NCBI GenBank assembly: GCA_937625935.1 | Contig: OW569355.1 | Coordinates: forward strand, 496,001 to 560,000 | Direction: 5' to 3' | DNA length: 64,000 nt | From: Tetramitus jugosus | Lineage: Eukaryota; Protista; Heterolobosea | Part shown: piece after piece, positions 31,919-42,356 of the stretch | Position numbering within the stretch: the first letter of the stretch is position 1 | How the letters are laid out: every line of letters starts with the position of its first letter | Notes under the pieces: generated by a model | The model's database searches: none | Told to the model about the DNA's origin: nothing | Seen by the model: only the letters and a program-made list of their open reading frames with translations | Program-made: the position numbers and the translations under genes

Positions 31919-32715
31919 GAAAGGTCCTCCCATTTACTCTCTGCTCTCGACGGGGTATTGTCTCATCATCAAAGTTTGCTCTACAGAGACTCTAGAGTCA
32001 CTCGCCTTCATTCATTTGTGACACCATAATTTTCAGCAACTCATGAGACCTTGGTCCGATCTTACATCCTGGAACTTGTTTTTGATCTCTTTTAAACTCT
32101 TTACTCTCGCACCAACCATCAGCTGACTTCTGTTAGTGATTCCATCCTTTCTTGTTTTGGGCCTTGTTGCTCATCAGATCACCCAGTGTGATCCTAGCAC
32201 TCCTCTTCTGGTTGTCATTGAGTTGTGGACTCTGAATCTCCTTTTCGGAGTCATCATCCACATCCACAATGACTGGTTCGTCCTCAGTGGTGCTCTCTTG
32301 CTCTTTCTCTTGGTTTTCCTCTGATCATCACTGGCTTATATCTTAGAGTTAGTTTCTTCATCACTTGCTCCTTTTGGGCAACCTTTCTGCTCAGTGCTTC
32401 GACCATCAGTATTAACTCCTTTCTAGTACTCTCTATCTTCTTGTTAACAGTGATATGCGGTTCCACTTTGTGTTCCATGTATTTGCTTACCTTCATTGTC
32501 AGTGAGGCATCTCCAACTACAGCTTGAGCGTATGTCTGTGACTTCATTGTCACAAACGCTGTGTTGTTTGTCAATACCACTTGCTATACTTTGTCAGCAC
32601 CGACCAGTGCTGAAACTTCTTCCTCTGCTTTCCTTCTACCCCATACATGACAAACTTTTTGTCATTATCGAGCCCTCTCTTGGAATGTTTCCGTTCGGTC
32701 GGACATATCTTCGTT
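31919..32715 (-). pseudogene. Decayed coding-like sequence, possibly the ORF1 region of an older retroelement
   Basis: Purine-rich minus strand with short, frame-shifting K/E-rich ORF pieces; directly abuts the TSD of the younger element. Confidence 0.3.
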
Positions 32716-33727
32716 TTTTGTTGATTGAATTTTTTTTTTTTTTTTTTTCCATACAACATTTGTTGCCACTTTATTCTATACCCTACTGTGAGTCATGATT
32801 CCGCTCGGCACCGTTAGGTGACGAGCAGTGTTTCACTCCTCTGCGCGACAGAGTTAATATATATCTTGTATAGTGCCTTGATGCACGACCTTTTGATTGA
32901 ATCAATGATTCTCCTTATCTTTTTCTCTGCTTCAACTCTCTTCTTACCAGAGAGCTTCATTTCGTCCAGGAGTTCATCCTTGAAGTCTCCTTCCTTTCCC
33001 ATCAGTCCCTCCAGTGTTCCTTCAGGCGTTCGATTTACATTTCGTGGTTGTATCTTTCCACTCTCGTACAGAACATCCTCGAACCATATAGGGGCCTTGA
33101 CAGAGTCCGGCAGACTCAACTTGTCCAGCTTCACCTTCAGCTCTTCAACCAACTTGCTTCTTGCAATTCTTGCGAGTTCGCACTCCACGAGTAGATGCAC
33201 AATGGTTTCTGGAGCTTTGCAACAATGTGCGCAAGTGACATCGAACAGGGGATTGTACAACTGTCGAATGACAGTCCGTGTGTGGAGAGTCCCACTTCTC
33301 ACCTGATGATAGAACCAAAGTTCCTTTCTTTCCAGACCAAATGGGCACTTGAGAAAGTTATTCCTCTCCTTGTCTTGCTGCAATGCAGCTTCCAACCACC
33401 ATCCCGCATGTTTTGAGATAGTATCACTCCTACTCATTGAGAAGTGATCAGTCAGTTCCTTCCTGATGTTATCCCCAACAAGCGCCCTACCACTGACAGA
33501 CACTGAGACCTTTTGCTGCCCGGTTCTCTGAGCAAACCGCTTTTCATCGCACGGTTTACCAAGCAGTTCCAAGTAAGCACGAATCCTCATGTACTTTTTT
33601 TGGCCAATACCTGACATCTTAAACCTTGACTTCGCTTCTTTGTAGGGCATTGTCATGATACCATCATCATCAAAAAGCTGATGGTTTTTAACAACCCCAC
33701 AGCGCCGGAGTATTTTGTTGATTGAAT
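32716..33727 (-). mobile_element. 5'-truncated non-LTR retrotransposon (ORF2 C-terminus) with poly(A) and 15-bp TSD
   Basis: TSD TTTTGTTGATTGAAT at 32716-32730 and 33713-33727; T19 at 32730-32748 (poly(A) on minus); AATAAA on minus at 32775-32770; open frame with CAHC...ETIVHLLVEC, a zf-RVT-type CCHC motif. Confidence 0.88.
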
Positions 33728-33755
33728 ATATATAATTTGAGAGGGGTAATATCAA

Positions 33756-33829
33756 GCAGGCGTGGCTCAATTGGATAGAGTATCGGCCTACGGAGCCGGG
33801 GGTTGCGGGTTCGAGTCCCGCCGTCTGTA
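33756..33829 (+). tRNA. tRNA-Arg (anticodon ACG), intronless
   Basis: Cloverleaf: GCAGGCG/CGTCTGT acceptor stem, GCTC/GAGT D stem, TCGGC-CTACGGA-GCCGG anticodon arm, GCGGG-TTCGAGT-CCCGC T arm; TATA-like ATATATATAA at about -30. Confidence 0.95.
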
Positions 33830-33836
33830 ACATCAC

Positions 33837-33840
33837 TTTT
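33837..33840 (+). terminator. Pol III oligo-T terminator
   Basis: TTTT 7 nt after the tRNA discriminator base. Confidence 0.5.
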
Positions 33841-33885
33841 ATGATTATTTTTCTCGCTGCTGACCACTACGGCAAATTAAGCAAA

Positions 33886-34734
33886 ATGAAGGAAAGTTCG
33901 ACCACAGATTGTCCATATACTCCATCTTCGTATGTAGTACCCGAGGGAGAATCGTGGGTGCATTCCTCGATATCTTCCTATCAGGTTCTGTTCGTACGAT
34001 TCTTGGCTCTACTTTTAACAATTTCCATCGTGGTAAGTTCACCTCCCAATGACAAATTCTAGGTCTTTAGATATCCTTACCAAGAACTGAGCTATTGATT
34101 TGAGATTTGATTGCACTTTCATGACTGTTCGAATCTGATCCAATTCTTCTTATAGGTCTTCTCTATCACGTTGTTTGGTGCAACATTATCGACGGATATT
34201 GTCCTCGTGATGCTCAGGAAGAAATCATATGCGAGTCCATTGAGGCCGAGAAACTATGGGCCAGAGTTTGGAGTTTTAGGACTTCCATTCATTTTCACTA
34301 TTTTAGTTGCTGTTGCTAGTGTGATACCAATGATTCTTACTCTGGTGATGTTCGGAAGGACATTGGATTTTTCTTCCAGGTCAGCTGGATCTTTTAAAAG
34401 AATGATCTACACGATTAGCATGATCTATTTCTCGAGTATGGTTGTTTCAATCACTTATTTCCTTTCGATCACTATTGCCATACCATTCTTTAGGAAGAGG
34501 GCCTTTTTCTATTGGGCAATATTTTGTTCGGAACCTGGGTTTGAAGCAGAGAAGAACTGCAAACTATTGAACTCGTCCGTCCAGCTCATGAATGCCATGG
34601 CTGCCTTCCTCTTTGTCCTATGTTCAACTCAGGTCATCTACCTTTTCATTTTGCTAGTGGTTCGATTCAGGAGAAGTTCAGCCACAAAGGGAACAACAAC
34701 AGTACACACAGAGGCCACAGTCAATACCATCTGA
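33886..34734 (+). CDS. Multi-pass membrane protein, join(33886..34032,34156..34734)
   Basis: Phase-0 GTAAGT...TAG intron joins two hydrophobic ORFs; about 4 TM segments. Confidence 0.6.
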
Positions 34735-34845
34735 GAGTAAACATGCATTCCTCGCGAATACCAAGAGCTGAGAAGAAATCTTTTTATAGTTCTCACAACA
34801 AACAACAAAACTCTTGATCCACAACCAAAAAAACACAACAACAGA

Positions 34846-35466
34846 ATGTCAAAGTGTGAGCAAGAGCACGATCACAGTCACGATGAGCCAGAGTCAGGCT
34901 TCGAACAAACTCTGTTTCCCTATATTGACACCACAAAGATTGTTTGTCTCAATGAGCACTCTCCCGGTGCAGGCAAACGAATTTTGAAGCCATTTGATCA
35001 AAAACTCACTCAGGACCCGTATCTCGAAAGCTCTGTCGATGAAGAATTGATTCTCGTGATACCGTTCACAGTGTCTGTCAATGTAAAATCGATTATTGTC
35101 ATTGGTGCAGATGAGGACTCGTGTCCTTCACGTGTCAAGCTGTTCAAGAACCGGGATGACATTGACTTTGGTAATGCAGATGAGATTACTGCTGAACAAA
35201 CGCTTGATATTGCGTTTGACAAACGAGGTGAAGTGGATTTGATGGTACGGCCCAGCAAATTCCAAAATGTCAATCAATTGACACTGTATTTCCCATCGAA
35301 TCACAGTGATGGAGAAGAACAGACAAGGATTGTCTATGTGGGTATCAAGGGGACAAGTACGAATTATAGACGAGGTGTCGTAGAGAATGCCATCTATGAA
35401 TCGAAGCCTCAATTGTCTGATCACTCGATCAAGTCAGAGACTACACCAACCATGAGATTTGATTGA
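34846..35466 (+). CDS. PITHD1: PITH domain-containing protein
   Basis: CLNE, YLESSVDEELILVIPFT..V.VKSI, P..VKLF.NR..IDF, KFQNV..LTLYF, YESKPQ..DH. Confidence 0.9.
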   Translation: MSKCEQEHDHSHDEPESGFEQTLFPYIDTTKIVCLNEHSPGAGKRILKPFDQKLTQDPYLESSVDEELILVIPFTVSVNVKSIIVIGADEDSCPSRVKLFKNRDDIDFGNADEITAEQTLDIAFDKRGEVDLMVRPSKFQNVNQLTLYFPSNHSDGEEQTRIVYVGIKGTSTNYRRGVVENAIYESKPQLSDHSIKSETTPTMRFD

Positions 35467-35681
35467 AGATAGATGACAATAAACAATAACATTTAGAAGA
35501 AGACATCCATTATGATGGGAATTCACAAATCTTGTGATTCTAACTCTGAAAAAGAGCGAAGCGAGTGTATTCATCCTGCCCATGTGTGCGAACCGAATCG
35601 TTTCGGATGATGAACGTTTACGTAATTTGAGCTCCAAAACTCCGCAGAACCGTTACACATTTACATGAGAGAGGATGGAGG

Positions 35682-35688
35682 TATAAAA
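35682..35688 (+). promoter_or_regulatory. TATA box
   Basis: GTATAAAAGG about 95 nt upstream of ATG 35780. Confidence 0.55.
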
Positions 35689-35779
35689 GGCATAGCTCGT
35701 GCTTGACTTCATGCAGATAACACAAGATACAAACCAACACAACAACTTACTTCTACATCAACTAAATCTGTATTAACAA

Positions 35780-36352
35780 ATGACCTGCCTATCTCCACCA
35801 TGCAAAAGAACAACTCCTCTACCTCTCGGTTTTGGATCTTCTACTCCAAGATCAAAGCAAATTACAGCTGGGATTCCGTTCATTAAATCCAGAGCTATCA
35901 CCAAAGCAGTATCTCCCAAATTTTCAACTGCTGAAAGAATCAAGAACAGAAGACCTCTTGCTAGAATCTTACCAAAGAAAACAGGGCTACAGATGGAGTC
36001 TGATCTGATCAAATCCTGGTTCACTGCTGCATTTGAAGAGAAACTTCAAGAAGATCCATACATCTCCTCAAAGTTTGACAAGAACCATCCAATCCTTTCT
36101 GTTGAGGAGTTTCAAATCAGAGTCTTGGAGAAGAACTTGAGAAGCGTTGCTGCAGAGAAGAAGGTAAAGTCTGATATCCAGGCTGACAACTATCACATTT
36201 CTGCTCCCATCCTGAGACAAGTATTCCGCGTCCACAAAGCCATGTTCGAATTGAGAGAACAGGGCAAGGTTGTTGTTCTCAAGGCAGCTCCTGGAGTTGA
36301 AGTGGCCAACAACAGAACCAAGTATTCTTGTGTCCTATTTGAATCGCTCTAA
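35780..36352 (+). CDS. Hypothetical basic protein
   Basis: 190-aa ORF with TATA box and A/C-rich leader; no family recognised. Confidence 0.6.
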   Translation: MTCLSPPCKRTTPLPLGFGSSTPRSKQITAGIPFIKSRAITKAVSPKFSTAERIKNRRPLARILPKKTGLQMESDLIKSWFTAAFEEKLQEDPYISSKFDKNHPILSVEEFQIRVLEKNLRSVAAEKKVKSDIQADNYHISAPILRQVFRVHKAMFELREQGKVVVLKAAPGVEVANNRTKYSCVLFESL

Positions 36353-36652
36353 AACGCTTATGTGAGAAGATATTGTACAGCCTATCTTATCATTGACCCC
36401 ACTCAAAATGTCCATGGTCTAATGCACCTTGGACCTCTCCTTGCACCTCAGAGTGCCACAACAAACATGAACCCTCATCAAAAACCTGTCAGAAATAAAT
36501 TGCTCCTTTCATTGTGTGAAACACCAAACAAAAAGCAACAACACACACGTCACCACCGCACAAACAAAACAAACAGATCTTTTTCATCCAATTTCATCAC
36601 CTACCAAAAACACAACAATTGGACAATTACACCACCAACAACAACAACAACA

Positions 36653-38797
36653 ATGACCAATAAAAATGATGAAGATTTGATGATGGAAGAAGACAATAGC
36701 AACAACATCAATAGCAATACCATGATGGAATATGAAAAAATGGCACAACGAAATCTCATTGAATGGGAAGAAAGTACAGTCAAACCATTCTTGTTCCATC
36801 ATGACGCCCTATTGCATCTCTCTTCACCTACAACAACAACAACAAAAAATAATACAAAAAAAAACAATACAAAAAATAACAATCATGAGAATGACAAGGA
36901 AGAAAATTTTCTAGATTTCATCTTTTATACGCACACTGTGAGACAATGTGCCATTCACAAAAAAACATCTTCTCATCAAGATCAAAAAAAGAATAGCTAT
37001 GGTAATATTGGTAGTGGTAATAGTAGTGGTAATAGTGCAGCAGAAAAAAATCATCATTTGAATGAACATGATTTACATTTCATGATTGATTTCCTCTTTT
37101 ATTTCCATTGTTTGCAACATGATTTTTTCAATCAACATTCCACTCGATTGAACCAAATCATTTCACTCTATCACAATAACAACAACAATAACAATAATAG
37201 TATTACTCCTACTACTACTACTACTGATGAAAATGAAAGTGAAAATTTATTGTTCATGAATAAGAAGACGAGTGAGACGTATAATGGTGTTCGAATTACA
37301 ATGCTATGTTATCAATTACAACAACAACAACAGTCATCACCACTCTTTCATTTAACAGTGAAAAAATGCATCAAATTTCTACAATTGTACCCCAATGTCT
37401 TCACTATTCATTCCTATAGTACTCACAATCAATTTGTCTCACTTGATGCTCAATATTTGAAATCTTTGTTATCAGTTTCAACTGAATTAACATTAGTATC
37501 AACAACCAAGGATCGATATCCTCCATTTATTCCACTCTATCAAAAATCAGTTCTCTGTCACAGTGATACTAATGATACTACTACTACTAGTGCTGATAAT
37601 AATAGTAGTAACAACAATAATAGTAGTAGTACTCATCAACAACATGTTCAGTTGATTCATGACATTTTAAAGGAGCATGAACGAGTGCAGTGGAAACAAC
37701 ACAAGAGAGCGAATGCAGCCATGCCACTCGGTACATTGAAAACAGTCTTGTTTGAGAAGCATCATATTCTACCAAAGAAAATTTTTCAATTCCTGAGTCA
37801 GAGACACAATGATTTTGATATTGTGACGAGAGAGAAGAATGGTCATTCGTATTTTATGATTCGTAGTCTACAAATACGTGTAATGACAAAGAATCAAAAT
37901 AACAATACTTCTGGTGCCGTTGCTGTTGTGAGTAGTAATAAGAAGAGTAAGAATGAAAGTGAGGAAAAGAATGTGAAGAGTCACGTAGATGATCACAATG
38001 ATGGTGAAAGTAATAGTAGTAGTGGTGGTGATAAGGATGTGTTGCCTCTCTTTTCATTGCCAAAAAATTATGAAATTGTGTGCACAGAGGACTCTACCAT
38101 GGCTGCTGATTGGATCAGAAAACACATTTTGGACAAGGTGGCGGCACAGAGTCATGGTGATGATGATGATAATGACAATAACAACAATACGATGGCTGTT
38201 GGTATGGATTGTGAGTGGGATGTGACGAGACCATTGTTGAGTCTGAGTATCAATCCTCATTTGACTCATCATCTCAAGAAGGAGACGCGTTATGCGATGC
38301 GTGATCACATTCATCCAAAGTACTTTGACACGATTCAGATTGCTGTTGAGAACTCGTGTCTCATTTATCAAACATTGCAAAACAAGTGTGATGAGGTGAT
38401 GCACGAGGTTTTGTGTGATCTGATGAACAATGAACATGTGTTCAAGTGTTGGTGCAGTCATCACTCTGATATCTCAAAGCTCAAGATTTGGCTGACTACG
38501 TTCGAGGGATCACAGCGTCCATCCGATAACAGTGAAAATTGGGCTGATTCTTGGTCCAAGAGTATCGTGGAGTTGGACGAAGATTGCAAGGGTGCTGCCA
38601 TTCTGTGCAAGCACTATCTCGGAATGGACATGATCAAGGATTACAATATTCAATTGTCTAGGTGGTCTAGGAGACGCCTAGACAACAAGCAACAAGAATA
38701 TGCAGCAATGGACTCGTATCTCAACCTGAAGATCTATGAAGCTCAGGAGAGATCTGGTGCATTTGATGCTGGCCTTAATGTTACTATCGACCTATAA
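36653..38797 (+). CDS. DEDDy 3'-5' exonuclease (WRN/EXD-like) with long N-terminal region
   Basis: ExoI VGMDCEW, IQIA, ExoII HHSDISKL, ExoIII QLSRW....L...QQEYAAMD. Confidence 0.8.
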   Translation: MTNKNDEDLMMEEDNSNNINSNTMMEYEKMAQRNLIEWEESTVKPFLFHHDALLHLSSPTTTTTKNNTKKNNTKNNNHENDKEENFLDFIFYTHTVRQCAIHKKTSSHQDQKKNSYGNIGSGNSSGNSAAEKNHHLNEHDLHFMIDFLFYFHCLQHDFFNQHSTRLNQIISLYHNNNNNNNNSITPTTTTTDENESENLLFMNKKTSETYNGVRITMLCYQLQQQQQSSPLFHLTVKKCIKFLQLYPNVFTIHSYSTHNQFVSLDAQYLKSLLSVSTELTLVSTTKDRYPPFIPLYQKSVLCHSDTNDTTTTSADNNSSNNNNSSSTHQQHVQLIHDILKEHERVQWKQHKRANAAMPLGTLKTVLFEKHHILPKKIFQFLSQRHNDFDIVTREKNGHSYFMIRSLQIRVMTKNQNNNTSGAVAVVSSNKKSKNESEEKNVKSHVDDHNDGESNSSSGGDKDVLPLFSLPKNYEIVCTEDSTMAADWIRKHILDKVAAQSHGDDDDNDNNNNTMAVGMDCEWDVTRPLLSLSINPHLTHHLKKETRYAMRDHIHPKYFDTIQIAVENSCLIYQTLQNKCDEVMHEVLCDLMNNEHVFKCWCSHHSDISKLKIWLTTFEGSQRPSDNSENWADSWSKSIVELDEDCKGAAILCKHYLGMDMIKDYNIQLSRWSRRRLDNKQQEYAAMDSYLNLKIYEAQERSGAFDAGLNVTIDL

Positions 38798-38879
38798 AAC
38801 ACAGTAAATATATGCCACAAGTTGGGAATTCAATAGAACGCAGTGATTGATTTACATTTTGTCAAACGACAACTACTAT

Positions 38880-41800
38880 CTACAATTTTTCGGCAAGATA
38901 CCTTTCGAGTTCACCTACTCGCTTCTGGAACGTGCTCAAGTATTGCGTCAGGTGATCTTTCTCCTTACCTTTTGCGGCTCGTTCAAGCACAAAGGAAGCT
39001 TGTGACAGTGGAGCACAGGCTAGTTGTGCCGAAGAGCCCTTAATGGAGTGAGCAAACATATTTAACGAACTCCAGTTCTCTTCATCGATGTATTGCGCAA
39101 AATCTATCACATCTCGCTTTCCTTCTTCCAGCAACTCCCCCAAAAGTTCTCGAGTAAAATTGATATCACCTCCAGAGAGCTCCAAAGCTTGATCGATATC
39201 GACACAATCTGCATGATTCATACTCAACTCAACACAGTCCTCCACGGCAGCTAAGAATGGTCTTGAGGATATTGGAACATGAACTGTCAGGTCACAGATT
39301 TCATTTAAGCCGGCGCCCGAGTTAAATATCAGACCAAGAACTGCAGTGTAGTGCTTTGTGACCAAAGATTGCTCATTCTGCCTCAACTCACGAATAAATT
39401 CGTGCACCTTTTCAATATCACTATCAGTCACGATTGCAACATTATATTTAACCTGTGAATTTTTGATCTCGCTGGCAGTGCTAGACAATGAATGACTGAC
39501 ACCAACCTCGAAGCCAAATTTGCGCAGGAAACTAGAGAGTTGATTCTCGGAAGACGACTCCATGTCAATCACCATCACACCCACTGCTCTCACCTTGGCA
39601 ACCACATCAAAATCATCTGTTAGAACTTCACCGCTTCCAGTTGCTTTAGATGACACATCAGCTGCTTGATTTGACGTGCTCTCTGGAGTGGTTTCCTGGG
39701 TCTGTGGTTTTTCTATGAGACCTGCACTCCATAAGACACGATTCGATTGCATAGTGTTTGTCAGAATGTACAAGTTGGGCACATACTGAACAAAACATTT
39801 GAACAACGGACCAGCAATATAATCAATAAAATTGACCTGCATTTGAGCTTTGTGCAAGCTGTTTCGGTCCATGAGAGGTGAGATAGCCAATCCTTGCGAT
39901 CGCTCCTCATCTCCCTGTGCCAAAAACTCTTCAATAAGCATGTGGGCCCATGCCTGAGCGACAGGGAATGGACGTATCGCATTCGATACATCAGCACACT
40001 TCAGTATGATATTAATGACTTGTTGCTTATCGTCCTTACTCTCCTTGGAAAGCGGCCCGGTTTGGATACGTGTCTGAAACTTTGTCAGTATCTCGAAATG
40101 ATGAGCCATGTCAGTGGCTAGAATCGTGTTAATGATTGTTCGTCTAAACTCCCGATACGTCTCAGAGTCCAAATTCTCTACAATGTTACAATCAGGTTCC
40201 TTCATTAGCCTGAATGCAACATAACAGTGATGATTCTCCAGGACGCTGATATCATTGTACAGGAGTGCCAGTGGAGTCTTGGCATTGACTTGATAATTGT
40301 TGTTCAAGCCTGGATGATCGAGATCGTGACACAGGGCAGATACCATGATGCACAACTTTTCCAACGAATTTAAGAAATTGCCAACCTTTTCAATACACAG
40401 AGAACTGTACACAAATTGAGTCACATCAATCGCATGAGTCATATTGTGATAAGGATTACTCTTGTAATGTTGTTGGAGTCGATTGAGAAAGTTCATGAGC
40501 TTTGCGGGATCAATGGAAAAGTCTGACACGAGTCCCAACGATTGAAACATGTATGCGGCATTTCTGAGCAACTCGTCTGTTTGATACGCAAATACATCAA
40601 ACTCAAATGAATCTAGTGTCGGTATGGACCTTGTGAGAAGAATGTGTTGCTCTGTCGATGTGCTTTCAACCGACGTGTTTTGACTCTCATTGAAATGAAC
40701 ACCCTTCTTGGTTGGGGACTGACTCTCTGCTGAGGAAGGAGCCAACGGAGGAGGCAACAGAGGTGGTTCTTGTGATTGACTACTCCTTCGAATGTGATGA
40801 GCATTTTCCTCATCTTCACGCATAAATTCACTCTGCAGCCACTTGCGTGTCGTTTCATCAATCGTCTGCTTCTCCAACAATAGAGAGAACGCTGGGCGAT
40901 ACAAGTCTCTGGAACCGAGACTCTTTAGAATCGCAACCAGTGCACCCTTGTACTGCTCCACTGAATAACTACCTTCCATGAGATCACCAATGGTTTTCAT
41001 CACGACTTGCATTGGTGTTTCAATTGTATCGGATATTTGTGATTTAATCTGTTGGAGCTCCTTCTCTTGAGCTTCCACTTGTTTTGAGAGCCGATTCCGG
41101 TTCTCTCTCTCCTTTTTGAGCATCTCCTGGTACATGGTTTCCTTCCTTCGTCTCAATCGATCATCGAGACACATTTCTACTCTGCGTTTCAACATTTCGA
41201 ACCGTATGGGTTTTTGTAAGAAATCTTCTGCTCCACTTTGAAAGCATTGGGCAATTGTATCAGGGTCCTCTGTCGATGAAATCACTATAAGATGATGATG
41301 ATGAAGTGATAGATGAGATGCATGAGTCAAAAATACAATTCTCTCAAAAACACAATGAAAATGAACAAAAAGGCAGCAAAACAAAGACACATACTGATAA
41401 TGGGTATATCTTTTGCATAAGCACTCTTAAATATTCTCAATAGTTCTAATCCATCCATTTCTGGCATCAGAACATCGACGAGCACCAAGCTCACACTATT
41501 GTCTTCACCCAGTAGCTCTAGAGCTTTTTTGCCGCCATCCACCGTAGTTACTAAAAAAATCAAATGAATATGTGAGTACACCAATCATACAACAGCAACA
41601 ACATGCTACAATAAACAATAATTGCATTAAAAAAATCATCATCAATTGTTGTGCACTTACCCTTAAAATTTAATTTTTCGAGCATCCGACTCATCACTGT
41701 CCTAGAAATATTGTCATCATCGACGACCAGTACATGTTTTTCTTCTTGTTGTTCTTCGGCTTCCATCGATCGTATAATATCAGTGACACTACCTCTGTGT

Positions 41801-41907
41801 TCACTGGCAAGTGACGTGTTAAACATTTTGGATCGGTGGGAGTGAGATTGATCAGCTATCGATTGTTGTTGTGACTGTGATTGTGATTGTTGTTGTTTTG
41901 GCAACAT
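38880..41907 (-). CDS. REC - class I cyclic-nucleotide PDE - degenerate REC - HPt protein; introns 41551..41660 and 41285..41394
   Basis: Spliced REC (VLVVDDD, LVLVDVLMPEMDG, ISS, DFLQKP); PDE (YHN..HA.DV, HDLDHPG, LENHH, ATDM, KCADVSN); HPt (AHSIKGSS). Start codon uncertain. Confidence 0.88.
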
Positions 41908-42356
41908 CAAGTTTAATTTTTTTACGGTTGGGTTGTGGTGATTCACTTCACGTGTTATTGTGTTTGGTGGTGTTGTTATTTTTGTTGTTGGGTGAGTGTT
42001 GTTGTTTTGGCCGTGCGTTGTCCGTCTGTGGCTCTTGGTATTGATCAATAATTGTCGTTGTTGTTTGCTGTTGGTGCGACGTGAGTCTTCCTCCTGTTGC
42101 TCCTTGGTGTGAGACAAGATACTGGGTAATATGGAGGGGACCAATATTTCCGCGCTACTCCCAAGATGGTTTCCGAACAGACCAAAAATTGAAGTGATCG
42201 ACACAGGAAAAGCGGTGGTTGACCAATGAGCCATCATTGAGGCCAAGGATTGTATTTTGGGTTTAGATGGGGGTGTCGAGGAATCTTTTATGTGACGCTG
42301 GAAAACAAAAATATTCCTTTCAGATAAAATTGTGTTTGGCCACTCACAGGTTCAAT

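Noticed and set aside
32814-33836. 340-aa minus-strand ORF as a complete gene
   Set aside because: Its first ~40 codons are the antisense of the tRNA and the TSD; only the part below 33712 is retroelement ORF2, and it has no start of its own.
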